Shown piece after piece: positions 9,285 through 18,795 of a stretch of 35,309 nt of DNA. How positions within the stretch are numbered: the stretch's first letter is position 1; each line of letters starts with the position of its first letter. The notes beneath the pieces are model-generated. The model did not search any database. It was not told the DNA's origin and worked only from the letters and a program-made list of their open reading frames with translations. The stretch comes from an uncultured virus (IMG/VR IMGVR_UViG_2124908004_000021). Its lineage: Duplodnaviria; Heunggongvirae; Uroviricota; Caudoviricetes. Both the position numbers and the translations under genes were made by a program. Location of the stretch: IMG/VR virus record IMGVR_UViG_2124908004_000021. One strand, given 5' to 3'.

Positions 9285-10247
9285 ATGAGAATTCACTACA
9301 ATTTAACCGGCGCGGAGCGCAAATCACTGGCAGGAGCAGTAAGTCAGGAACTGAACGCTCCGACGAAATACCTCGGTGCTCCGACATTCGCCTATGAGGT
9401 GGGCGACTACAACATCGACAAAAACGGTACGGTCGAAGGCGCGGACAATCTGCACTTGGAAGACGCACTCCGCCAGAAGGGCTTCAACGCCCAAGTGCGT
9501 AAATACGACGAGTCCGACACCTGCGAGAGCGGGCTCGGCGGGTTGGGAGCCACGCCATCCATCGAAGAACTGGACGCGGAGGCTGCGGCTTGGGCGGAGC
9601 GTGAAATGCGACACCTGCAACTTGAGAGCCAGAACGTCCCCGACTACTCAAATCGCGGTCAGTATGGCGGTGACTGTATACCTGAAATCGACATCCCCGC
9701 CTACGAGGAGTTAAACCTGACCGAAGAGGAAGAGCTGGGACTTGGCAAACAGCGCCGCGACCACCGGGGCGAGGATGGTATGCAGGCAAGTGACGTTCCC
9801 GAGTGTGACGAGTCCGCTGGCCTGACAATCGAGATGCCGCTTGAAGATTACACCGAAGAAAATATCATTAACCTTGAAAAACTCATCGCCAGCAAGACCA
9901 GCCTCATCAAGAAGGCTATTGGAGCGAACGCGCTTCCAATCGAGCGTACGGAAACAACGCTAAAGTTTCCTTGGTTTTCCTTTGGAGCATCCGGCGAGGA
10001 AGCCGATACCTACTCCCGTCTGGTCAGCGCCTTATACGCAGCGGCGAAGAAACAGAAAAGGGTTACCGCCAAGGATAAGGATGTGGAAAACGAGAAGTTC
10101 GCTTTTCGGGTGTTCCTGATCCGCCTGGGATTCGTGGGCGACGAATACAAGAGCGCGAGAAAAATCCTACTGAAAAACCTTTCGGGAAACAGTGCGTTCA
10201 AGAACGGCAGCAGAGCAACGGAAACGGAGGTATCCGCAGATGAATAA
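9285..10247 (+). CDS. Phage 'virulence-related' conserved protein with acidic central insert
   Basis: YLGAPTFAYEVG; NLEKLIASK..LIKKA; ENEKFAFRVFLIRLGFVGDEYK..RKILL.NLSGNSAFK; AAAGGAGG RBS before ATG 9285. Confidence 0.75.
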   Translation: MRIHYNLTGAERKSLAGAVSQELNAPTKYLGAPTFAYEVGDYNIDKNGTVEGADNLHLEDALRQKGFNAQVRKYDESDTCESGLGGLGATPSIEELDAEAAAWAEREMRHLQLESQNVPDYSNRGQYGGDCIPEIDIPAYEELNLTEEEELGLGKQRRDHRGEDGMQASDVPECDESAGLTIEMPLEDYTEENIINLEKLIASKTSLIKKAIGANALPIERTETTLKFPWFSFGASGEEADTYSRLVSALYAAAKKQKRVTAKDKDVENEKFAFRVFLIRLGFVGDEYKSARKILLKNLSGNSAFKNGSRATETEVSADE

Positions 10248-10482
10248 ATTCCCCGCCAATAAAACAGTGGAACGCCTCCGCAGACAGTACCCTAATGGGC
10301 TTCGCGTAGAACTGGTCAGGATGAACGACCCGTATTCCAAATTAAAACCCGGCGACCGGGGAACTGTGGATTTTGTGGACGACACAGGAACCATCTTCTG
10401 CACTTGGGATTGCGGTTCGACGCTTGGCGTGGTTTACGGTGAGGATGCCGTTAGAATCCTGGAATCCGAGGTACTGCCATGA
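10240..10482 (+). CDS. DUF4314-family protein
   Basis: YPNGLRVELVRMNDPY, GDRGTV..VDDTGTI...WDCGSTLGVVYGED. Confidence 0.82.
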   Translation: MNKFPANKTVERLRRQYPNGLRVELVRMNDPYSKLKPGDRGTVDFVDDTGTIFCTWDCGSTLGVVYGEDAVRILESEVLP

Positions 10483-10667
10483 CCGAGATAGTGAAACAGC
10501 AAATTCTCTCTATCCGGGCAAGCGGTGCGACCAACATGTTTGATACGGTTGCTGTCCAGCGGCTCGCGTTTGAGAACGGATATTATGAACTTACCGATTA
10601 CATCGAGAACAACCGTAAGGCGTATGCTCGTTTTATTCTGACGGGCGAAACCGAGGAAACGCCATAG
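10479..10667 (+). CDS. DUF5049-family protein
   Basis: QILSIRASGATNMFD..AVQRLA, YARFILTGE. Confidence 0.82.
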   Translation: MTEIVKQQILSIRASGATNMFDTVAVQRLAFENGYYELTDYIENNRKAYARFILTGETEETP

Positions 10668-10691
10668 ACCATAATGCAAATGGACAGAAGT

Positions 10692-10723
10692 AAAGGGCTT
10701 TCAGACGAAGGCTCTTTTCTTTT
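10692..10723 (+). terminator. Intrinsic terminator closing the accessory island
   Basis: AAAGGGCTTTC-agac-GAAGGCTCTTT then TCTTTT. Confidence 0.65.
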
Positions 10724-10753
10724 GCCTGTTATCATCGAAAGGAGGCGGTCTTC

Positions 10754-12358
10754 ATACGCAAACTGAAGAAGTACAAGCCAACCACGTTTGTGGCACCGGA
10801 TTCTGTTTACAGCAAAGCCGCCGCCGATTATGCCGTTTCCTTTATCGAGGCCCTCTCCCACACCAAAGGCTCCTGGGCTGGTAAGCCCTTTGAACTTATC
10901 GACTGGCAGGAACAGATTGTCAGGGACGTTTTCGGCATCCTCAAACCCAGCGGATACCGCCAGTTCAATACTGCCTATGTGGAGATACCCAAGAAAATGG
11001 GTAAGTCTGAGCTTGCCGCTGCCATCGCCATTCTGCTCACCTGCGGCGACAACGAAGAACGTGCCGAGGTATATGGCTGCGCGGCGGACAGGCAACAAGC
11101 GTCCATCGTTTTCGAGGTAGCCGCCGATATGGTGCGGATGTGTCCGGCTCTTAATAGGCGTGTCAAGCTGCTGGCTTCCACGAAGCGGCTCGTATATCTG
11201 CCGACCAACAGCTTCTATCAAGTGTTGTCCGCTGAGGCGTATTCGAAGCATGGATTCAATATTCACGGAGTGGTCTTTGATGAACTGCATACCCAGCCGA
11301 ACCGGAAGCTGTTTGACGTCATGACTAAAGGCTCCGGCGATGCCAGAATGCAGCCGCTATACTTCCTGATCACCACAGCTGGTACGGACACGAACAGCAT
11401 CTGCTATGAAACGCATCAGAAAGCGCTGGACATCCTTGAAGGCCGGAAACACGACCCTACCTTCTACCCTGTGATTTTCGGTGCAAAGGAAGAAGACGAC
11501 TGGACTGACCCAAGGGTGTGGAAAAAAGCGAATCCCTCGCTCGGCATCACGGTTGGTATTGACAAGGTAAAGGCCGCGTGCGAATCGGCGAAACAGAACC
11601 CCGCCGAGGAGAACAGTTTCCGACAACTGCGGCTCAATCAATGGGTCAAACAGGCCGTCCGCTGGATGCCCATGGCGAAGTGGGATGCCTGCGCGTTTCC
11701 CGTCGACGCGGACAGCCTAAGCGGTCGGGTCTGCTACGGCGGGCTTGACCTTTCCTCCACTACGGACATCACAGCGTTCGTGCTGGTGTTTCCACCGGAG
11801 GATGAAACGGACAAATACAGCGTGCTTCCATTTTTCTGGATGCCGGAAGAGAATATCGATCTGCGTGTGCGGCGTGACCATGTGCAATACGACCTATGGA
11901 AAAAGCAAGGGCATCTTTTGACCACCGAGGGCAACGTCGTTCACTACGGTTATATCGAGCAATTCATAGAAAAGCTTGGTGAGCGGTACAACATCCGCGA
12001 GATCGCCTTTGACCGCTGGGGTGCTGTGCAAATGGTTCAGAACCTTGAGGGTATGGGTTTTACGGTGGTTCCTTTCGGACAGGGCTTCAAGGACATGTCG
12101 CCGCCCACCAAGGAGCTTATGAAACTCACGCTGGAAGAAAGAATTTCGCACGGCGGGCATCCGGTGCTGCGCTGGATGATGGATAACATCTTTATCCGCA
12201 CTGACCCTGCGGGTAACATCAAGCCGGACAAGGAGAAATCCACGGAGAGGATTGACGGCGCGGTGGCAACTATCATGGCGCTCGACCGTGCGCTTCGGAA
12301 TGGAGACGGTAATCGAGGTACATCAGTTTACGATGAAAGGGGGTTATTGATGTTGTGA
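10754..12358 (+). CDS. terL: Terminase large subunit; probable ATA start at 10754 (alternative GTG 10790)
   Basis: LIDWQ, EIPKKMGKS, VVFDELH, ITTAG, GGLDLSSTTD, RIDGAVATIMA; GGAGG at 10741-10745 precedes the in-frame ATA. Confidence 0.93.
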   Translation: MRKLKKYKPTTFVAPDSVYSKAAADYAVSFIEALSHTKGSWAGKPFELIDWQEQIVRDVFGILKPSGYRQFNTAYVEIPKKMGKSELAAAIAILLTCGDNEERAEVYGCAADRQQASIVFEVAADMVRMCPALNRRVKLLASTKRLVYLPTNSFYQVLSAEAYSKHGFNIHGVVFDELHTQPNRKLFDVMTKGSGDARMQPLYFLITTAGTDTNSICYETHQKALDILEGRKHDPTFYPVIFGAKEEDDWTDPRVWKKANPSLGITVGIDKVKAACESAKQNPAEENSFRQLRLNQWVKQAVRWMPMAKWDACAFPVDADSLSGRVCYGGLDLSSTTDITAFVLVFPPEDETDKYSVLPFFWMPEENIDLRVRRDHVQYDLWKKQGHLLTTEGNVVHYGYIEQFIEKLGERYNIREIAFDRWGAVQMVQNLEGMGFTVVPFGQGFKDMSPPTKELMKLTLEERISHGGHPVLRWMMDNIFIRTDPAGNIKPDKEKSTERIDGAVATIMALDRALRNGDGNRGTSVYDERGLLML

Positions 12359-13595
12359 GCATATTTTCAAATCTGTTTAAAGCGCGGGACAAGCCAGTAA
12401 ACCGTCTTCCGGGTAGCGACTACAGCTTCTTCTTTGGCCGTACGATAAGCGGTAAGGCGGTCAATGAACGAACTGCGATGCAAACAACGGCAGTTTACGC
12501 CTGTGTTCGGATATTAGCCGAAGCGATTGCCGGGCTACCTCTACAGGTATATCGGTATAAGTCTGACGGTGGGAAAGAAAAGGCGCTAAACCATCCCCTG
12601 TACCATCTGCTGCATACGGAGCCTAACCCAGAGATGACTTCATTTGTGTTCCGGGAGACACTGATGGGTCATCTTTTACTTTGGGGAAACGCCTATGCGC
12701 AGATTGTTCGTGACGGCGCGGGCCGGGTACTGGCGCTCTACCCGTTGCTGCCTGGCAAAATGAACGTCGACAGGATGGCAAGCGGCCAACTTTATTATGA
12801 ATACCGCACGGATACCGGCTCGATGATCCTGCGCCCGGAAGACGTCCTCCATATCCCCGGCCTTGGATTTGACGGCCTTATTGGCTACTCGCCTATCGCT
12901 ATGGCCAAGAACGCCATCGGCATGGCAATCGCCTGTGAGGAATACGGAGCGTCGTTTTTCGCTAACGGTGCGAATCCCGGCGGCGTGCTGGAACATCCCG
13001 GTGTCGTGAAAGACCCGAAGCGGGTACGCGAAAGCTGGAACACCGTGTACCAAGGCAGCGCCAATGCGCATCGCATCGCCGTATTGGAAGAAGGCATGAA
13101 ATTTCAGGCTATCGGTATTCCACCCGAGCAGGCGCAGTTTTTGGAGACGCGTAAATTCCAGATCAACGAGATCGCCCGCATCTTCCGTGTACCGCCGCAC
13201 ATGGTCGGTGACCTTGAGAAGTCGAGCTTCTCGAACATCGAGCAGCAGAGCCTGGAGTTTGTCAAATACACACTCGACCCTTGGGTGGTGCGCTGGGAAC
13301 AGGCTATTCAGAAGGCACTCCTTCTGCCATCCGAAAAGACATCATATTTTGCCAGATTCAATGTTGACGGATTATTGCGCGGCGACTATGCCAGCCGTAT
13401 GTCCGGGTATTCCACAGGAAGGCAGAACGGATGGCTTTCGGCCAATGATATTCGGGAACTGGAGGACATGAACCGGATAGCGTCGCAAGACGGCGGAGAC
13501 CTATACCTTATCAACGGTAACATGACCAAGCTTGCGGACGCGGGCGCGTTTGCCAACAAGAATACTCAAAAGACGGAGGAAAGAAAAATGCATAG
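12355..13595 (+). CDS. HK97-family portal protein (as sequenced, continues in frame into the protease up to 14283)
   Basis: AVYACVRILAEAIAGLP, LLLWGNAY, GLIGYSPI, IARIFRVPPHMVG, SNIEQQ, NDIRELED. Confidence 0.9.
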
Positions 13596-14283
13596 GAAGT
13601 TCTGGAACTGGGTCAGGAACGAAGACGGTGCCCGGACGCTGTATCTAGACGGCGCCATAGCCGAGGAGAGCTGGCTTGGGGATGAAATTACACCCAAGCA
13701 GTTTAAGACGGAACTGCTGTCCGGCGAGGGCGATATTACGATCTGGATCAACAGCCCCGGCGGCGATGTCTTCGCTGCAAGCCAGATTTACAACATGCTC
13801 ATGGACTACAAGGGCAACGTCTCTGTGAAGATCGACGGCATTGCGGCAAGCGCCGCGTCGGTGATCGCAATGGCGGGCGGCGAAGTCCTCATGTCGCCGG
13901 TATCCATGCTCATGATCCACAATCCCATGACCATCGCCATCGGCGATACGGAGGAAATGGGAAAAGCCATTGCCATGTTGGCAGAGGTTAAGGAGAGCAT
14001 CATCAACGCGTATGAACTGAAGTCCGGGCTGTCCCGCGCGCGGATATCGCACCTGATGGACGCCGAAAGCTGGTTCAACGCGAAAAAGGCGGTGGAACTG
14101 GGGTTTGCGGACGATATTCTGTTCACCGGGGCAGCGCCGCCGGACGCCGAGGTCACCGACGGCCTGATCTTCAACCGTCAGGCGGTTACCAACTCAATCC
14201 TGCGAAAACTGCCGCATAAAGAAAAGAACACAGGTACCCCGATTGAGTCGCTTCAGAAGCGGCTTTTTTTATTGAAACCTTAA
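13588..14283 (+). CDS. ClpP-like prohead maturation protease
   Basis: Own GGAGG RBS 13575-13579 and ATG 13588; WINSPGGDV, GIAASAASVIAMAG, MLMIHNP, AVELGFAD. Confidence 0.9.
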   Translation: MHRKFWNWVRNEDGARTLYLDGAIAEESWLGDEITPKQFKTELLSGEGDITIWINSPGGDVFAASQIYNMLMDYKGNVSVKIDGIAASAASVIAMAGGEVLMSPVSMLMIHNPMTIAIGDTEEMGKAIAMLAEVKESIINAYELKSGLSRARISHLMDAESWFNAKKAVELGFADDILFTGAAPPDAEVTDGLIFNRQAVTNSILRKLPHKEKNTGTPIESLQKRLFLLKP

Positions 14284-14296
14284 GGAGGAAAAGAAA

Positions 14297-15849
14297 ATGA
14301 ATAAGACTCTTGAACTGCGCGAAAAGCGCGCCAAAGCCTGGGAAGCCGCCAAGGCTTTTTTAGACTCCAAACGAGGGAATGATGGTCTGCTCTCGGTTGA
14401 GGATACCGCCGCCTATGAAAAGATGGAGACGGACGTGGTGGCTCTGGGCAAGGAAATAGACAGGCTTGAGCGTCAAGCAGCGCTCGATCTGGAAATNNNN
14501 NNNNNNNNNNNNNNNNNNNNNNNNNNNNNNNNNNNNNNNNNNNNNNNNNNNNNNNNNNNNNNNNNNNNNNNNNNNNNNNNNNNNNNNNNNNNNNNNNNNN
14601 NNNNNNNNNNNNNNNNNNNNNNNNNNNNNNNNNNNNNNNNNNNNNNNNNNNNNNNNNNNNNNNNNNNNNNNNNNNNNNNNNNNNNNNNNNNNNNNNNNNN
14701 NNNNNNNNNNNNNNNNNNNNNNNNNNNNNNNNNNNNNNNNNNNNNNNNNNNNNNNNNNNNNNNNNNNNNNNNNNNNNNNNNNNNNNNNNNNNNNNNNNNN
14801 NNNNNNNNNNNNNNNNNNNNNNNNNNNNNNNNNNNNNNNNNNNNNNGAAGGCGACCAGCAACCCTATCACCAATGCCCCTTTCAAAGGCGCTGATGAAAA
14901 AGCCGGACGTGCGTCATCCGAATACAAGCGAGCGTTTTGGAACGCCATGCGCACCCGTGCCGGTGAAGGGCTTGACCCGGTTGTGAGAAATGCACTTCAG
15001 ATAGGAACGGACACCGAGGGCGGATATCTTGTTCCGGACGAATTTGAGCGCACCCTTGTGGATGCTCTCGAGGACGAGAACATTTTCCGCAGGCTGGCGA
15101 ATGTCATCACGACCTCTTCCGGTGACCGCAAAATACCGGTCGTAGCCTCCAAGGGTACAGCTTCATGGATTGATGAGGAAGGCGCCATTCCCGAAAGCGA
15201 CGACAGCTTCGGTCAGGTTTCCATCGGGGCGTACAAGCTGGGAACCATGATCAAGGTTTCTGAGGAGCTGTTGAACGACAGCGTATTCAACCTCGAAACC
15301 TACATTTCCAAAGAGTTCGCCAGGCGTATCGGCAACAAGGAAGAAGAAGCGTTCTTCACCGGCGACGGTTCCGGCAAGCCGACCGGTATTCTCGCGGCAA
15401 CAGGCGGCGCGCAGCTCGGCGTGACCACGGCAGGCGCTACGGCTATCACCATAGACGAGGTGCTTGATCTGTTCTACAGCCTGAAGGCGCCCTATCGGAA
15501 CAAGGCGGTGTTCGTAATGAACGACTCAACCGTTAAGGCAATCCGCAAGCTCAAGGACGGTCAGGGTCAGTACCTCTGGCAGCCGTCCATTCAGGCAGGC
15601 ACGCCCGATACCATTCTGAACCGGCCGCTGCATACCTCGGCATATGTTCCTGCTATTGCCGCTGCCGCAAAAACCATTGTGTTCGGCGATTTCAGCTACT
15701 ACTGGGTGGCCGACCGACAGGGCCGTGTGTTCAAGCGCCTGAACGAGCTATATGCAGCTACCGGTCAGGTCGGCTTTGTCGCCACTCAGCGCGTGGACGG
15801 CAAGCTCATTTTGCCCGAAGCTATCAAGCTGCTTCAGCAGAAAGCTTAG
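14297..15849 (+). CDS. HK97-fold major capsid protein, spanning N gap 14497-14846
   Basis: Coiled-coil delta-like N-terminus; EGGYLVPDEF, VSEELLNDS, GDGSGKPTGIL, LKDGQGQYLWQP, FGDFS, RVDGK. Confidence 0.92.
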
Positions 15850-15859
15850 GTGAAGCGGC

Positions 15860-16198
15860 ATGAGTAATGTAAAAAACTACACGGAACAAGGCGGAGAGAA
15901 AACCGTCATCGGCGGAACGCTGGAAATCAAGCAGGGAGCCTCGGTAACGGGGCTTCCTTCCGTACAGCCGCCCGCAGCCACAGAAACGACTCTCGGGGGC
16001 ATAAAGGCTGCCGCGAAAACTGAAGCGGAAACCGTTGTCGCTAAAATCGGCGAAGACGGAAAGGTTTATGTCCCGGCACATCCCGTGGCGGCAAACCAGG
16101 CGGCAAGTACGGCTGAGGATGTCGCTGGTTTACTTGCCGATTTCAACGCGCTGCTCGCAAAAATGAAAACCGCTGGGATTATGGCGGCTGATGTGTAA
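15860..16198 (+). CDS. Head fibre/decoration-like protein
   Basis: KNYTEQGGEKTVIGG, AATETTLGGIK, DFNALLAKMKTAGIM; directly after capsid. Confidence 0.7.
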   Translation: MSNVKNYTEQGGEKTVIGGTLEIKQGASVTGLPSVQPPAATETTLGGIKAAAKTEAETVVAKIGEDGKVYVPAHPVAANQAASTAEDVAGLLADFNALLAKMKTAGIMAADV

Positions 16199-16220
16199 GC
16201 CTTGAAAATCATTTTAGGAG

Positions 16221-16505
16221 GTGAGCGCGTTGTTCGTCACACTTGAAAAAACCAAGGAATTTCTAAGAGTCGAGTCTACCGACGAGGACGCGCTCATCGA
16301 ACGTTTCATCATGGCGGCGGAGGATATCGTAGGTGGTATCCTCCGTTTTCCGCTCAGTGAATTCGAGGAAGTACCGGAAATCGTTGAACAGGCTATCTGC
16401 CTTGCGGTATCCGTCATGTTCGAGCAGCGTGAGAGCCTGGATATCGTGGCACTCATGACTACCCTGCGTGGCATGCTCTTCGCCTATAGGAAGGACGTGT
16501 GGTGA
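16221..16505 (+). CDS. Head-tail connector (HK97 gp6-like)
   Basis: VTLEKTKEFLRV...EDALI, QAICLAVSVMFEQRE. Confidence 0.85.
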   Translation: MSALFVTLEKTKEFLRVESTDEDALIERFIMAAEDIVGGILRFPLSEFEEVPEIVEQAICLAVSVMFEQRESLDIVALMTTLRGMLFAYRKDVW

Positions 16506-16506
16506 T

Positions 16507-16827
16507 ATGAAGATCGGAAGGTTGAGACACCGCGTGGCATTACAGCAAAAAACCGTCACCGAGGACGGCTTAAAGCAGCAATCGGAAGTCTGGACGGACA
16601 TTACCACCGTATGGGCGCGTATCGAGCCGCTCTCAGGCAGGGAGTATTTCATAGCCCGGCAGGAAAACGCGGAAATCTCGGTCAAAATCACTATCCGCTA
16701 TCAACCGGGCATCTCTACAGATTTACGCGCAGTGTTCGGCAGCAGAACTTTTGAAGTGCTGTCGGTCATCAATCCAGAGGAGAGACGCGAGTCTCTACTC
16801 CTGATGTGCAGGGAGGTGTCGGGATGA
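16507..16827 (+). CDS. Head closure / head-tail adaptor (SPP1 gp16-like)
   Basis: IGRLRHRV, VWARIEPLSGREY, ITIRY. Confidence 0.88.
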   Translation: MKIGRLRHRVALQQKTVTEDGLKQQSEVWTDITTVWARIEPLSGREYFIARQENAEISVKITIRYQPGISTDLRAVFGSRTFEVLSVINPEERRESLLLMCREVSG

Positions 16828-17204
16828 CGGATGTCAATGGTCTCGCTGACGCAATTATGGACGCCATGCTCGAATATACCGAGGAGGTTGAGGACGCGAT
16901 CCCCAAGATTGTGGACAGCACGGTGGATGCCATGGTTAAGGAAATCCAGTCGGCCGCCCCCAAGCACTCGGGCAAGTATTCCAAAGGCTGGAAAGCCCGG
17001 CAGCTCGGCGAACGCACCCGCTCCAAAGAAGGGTACGCCAAGCTGGTCTGTAATCCTAAACGGTATTCCATCGCCCACCTTGTTGAGTACGGTCATGCCA
17101 AAAGGAACGGCGGCAGGGTTGCGGGAAAACCGCACATCCGCCCTGTCTGCGATAAACTGCTGCCGGAGTTTGAAAAGAAAATCGAGGAGGCGGTGAAAAG
17201 ATGA
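16824..17204 (+). CDS. HK97 gp10-like tail completion protein
   Basis: APKHSGKY.KGW, AHLVEYGH, GKPHIRP. Confidence 0.85.
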   Translation: MTDVNGLADAIMDAMLEYTEEVEDAIPKIVDSTVDAMVKEIQSAAPKHSGKYSKGWKARQLGERTRSKEGYAKLVCNPKRYSIAHLVEYGHAKRNGGRVAGKPHIRPVCDKLLPEFEKKIEEAVKR

Positions 17205-17620
17205 GCGCCTTCCTTGCCCAATTACTTACGGAATCGGGTCTGCCGGTGGCGCGAAATGCGTTTCTGAAAGCACAGACCCCGCCCTATATCGTCTACGTTT
17301 TCTCGCACTCAGACAATTTTGCGGCAGATTCCAAGGTGTACCTGAAGCGGTACAACTACCAGATCGAACTATACACCGAGAAAAAGGACATTGCCCTTGA
17401 GGAAAAGCTCGAGAGCATTTTTGATGAACGCGGCCTTGTGTATGANNNNNNNNNNNNNNNNNNNNNNNNNNNNNNNNNNNNNNNNNNNNNNNNNNNNNNN
17501 NNNNNNNNNNNNNNNNNNNNNNNNNNNNNNNNNNNNNNNNNNNNNNNNNNNNNNNNNNNNTACCTCGAAAGTGAAAAGCTCATTGAGGTCATATATGAAA
17601 TTCAGCTGATCGGAGGATAA
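17201..17620 (+). CDS. Putative tail terminator, spanning N gap 17446-17560
   Basis: PPYIVY, NFAADSKVY, QIELYTEKKD..LE; located before the major tail protein. Confidence 0.7.
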   Translation: MSAFLAQLLTESGLPVARNAFLKAQTPPYIVYVFSHSDNFAADSKVYLKRYNYQIELYTEKKDIALEEKLESIFDERGLVYXXXXXXXXXXXXXXXXXXXXXXXXXXXXXXXXXXXXXXXYLESEKLIEVIYEIQLIGG

Positions 17621-17624
17621 AACA

Positions 17625-18185
17625 ATGTCGGATAACAAAGTCAAGTTCGGGCTGAGAAACGCCCATTACGCAAAAGTAACCGAATCCGGGTACGCGGTAC
17701 CCACGCCGTTTCCGGGACAGGTGTCGCTGACATTAAAGCCCAAGGGTGAACGTGCGGAATTCTATGCGGACGACGTCGCGTATTTTACCAAAGACGCCAA
17801 CCAAGGCTACGAGGGCGAGATGACCATTGCGGACATCCCGTCCTCTTTTCTGAAAGACTGCCTGGGGTTTACTCAAGACGACAACGGCGCGATATTTGAG
17901 CACATGGACGCGGTTCAGACCCCGTTCGCGCTGATGTTTGAGGTGCAGGGTGACCTTCAGCCGAGACGGTTCGTTTTTTACGCGTGCCTGGCTTCCCGTC
18001 CGAATGTGGACGCGAACACTGTCAAGGGCACGATTGAGCCGACAACGGACACCTTGTCTTTTGTGGCGACACCCCGGCAGCTTGACGGCATGGTCAAGGC
18101 TGTGCTGGTGAAAAACGCGACGAACGAAACAGCCTATACCGGATTCTATACCTCGGTTTATGAATTCGCCGCCCCCACGCCGTAA
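17625..18185 (+). CDS. Major tail (tube) protein, phi13-like family
   Basis: NKVKFGLRNAHYA, FYADD, GYEGEM, FALMFE. Confidence 0.88.
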   Translation: MSDNKVKFGLRNAHYAKVTESGYAVPTPFPGQVSLTLKPKGERAEFYADDVAYFTKDANQGYEGEMTIADIPSSFLKDCLGFTQDDNGAIFEHMDAVQTPFALMFEVQGDLQPRRFVFYACLASRPNVDANTVKGTIEPTTDTLSFVATPRQLDGMVKAVLVKNATNETAYTGFYTSVYEFAAPTP

Positions 18186-18199
18186 GGAGGAAGTGACAA

Positions 18200-18616
18200 A
18201 TGCAAAGAACAATACGGGTCAACGGGTCAGACCTGCCCTTAAAACCTTCCGCCAATTTTATGTTCTATTACCGCCATGCCCGGCTTTCCGGCGAGGATGC
18301 GCCGGACTTCCAGTCCGACCTCAAGAGGCTTGCTGACATGGAGAAACTACAGGGCGAGCTTAAAGGTATCGACAGCACGAACGCGCTGGACGTCCTGCAG
18401 AGGACAAATATATTCGAGTTCTCTGCCATCATCCGCAGAATGCTCTGGACGTTTGCATACTCGGCCAACAAAAGTATCCTGCCTTTCGAAGATTGGTGCG
18501 ACGCGCTATTCGAGTACGATACGACCGAAGCCTCGAAAACGGTGATGGATCTGGTGAATGACAATTTTTTTCTTATGCTGGGCGTGGCGAAGCCCAGGGA
18601 GGTTCAAAGCAAATAG
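18200..18616 (+). CDS. Tail assembly chaperone (gpG analogue)
   Basis: Between tail tube and tape measure genes; TAAGGAGG RBS; slippery T7 near the 3' end. Confidence 0.8.
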   Translation: MQRTIRVNGSDLPLKPSANFMFYYRHARLSGEDAPDFQSDLKRLADMEKLQGELKGIDSTNALDVLQRTNIFEFSAIIRRMLWTFAYSANKSILPFEDWCDALFEYDTTEASKTVMDLVNDNFFLMLGVAKPREVQSK

Positions 18617-18780
18617 ACTGGCGCGATGCGCTGTATTTAGGCAAGTCGGCGAGGCTCTCGTTTCATGAACTGGACGAGATGACCTTCTCCGACTTGCTTT
18701 CGTATGTGGGTTTTTTGACGGAAACCAAAAGCCCGACCAAAGACGCGACACAACAGGATATTGACCGACTGGCCATATAG
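18571..18780 (+). CDS. -1 frameshift extension of the tail chaperone (gpT analogue; fusion 18200-18780)
   Basis: -1 frame open from the T TTT TTT site (18565-18571) to TAG 18778-18780, ending ELDEMTFSDLL...DATQQDIDRLAI; fills the gap to the tape measure gene. Confidence 0.75.
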   Translation, partial: SYAGRGEAQGGSKQIDWRDALYLGKSARLSFHELDEMTFSDLLSYVGFLTETKSPTKDATQQDIDRLAI

Positions 18781-18795
18781 AGAGGAGGGATTCAT

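Noticed and set aside
14497..14846. Possible insertion (intron, intein or IS) in the capsid gene at the 350-N gap
   Set aside because: The flanks (..ALDLE / KATSNPITN..) read as nearly contiguous capsid sequence; the gap length is a scaffold estimate and its content is invisible
17446..17560. Insertion in the tail terminator gene
   Set aside because: Assembly gap; the flanks look nearly contiguous
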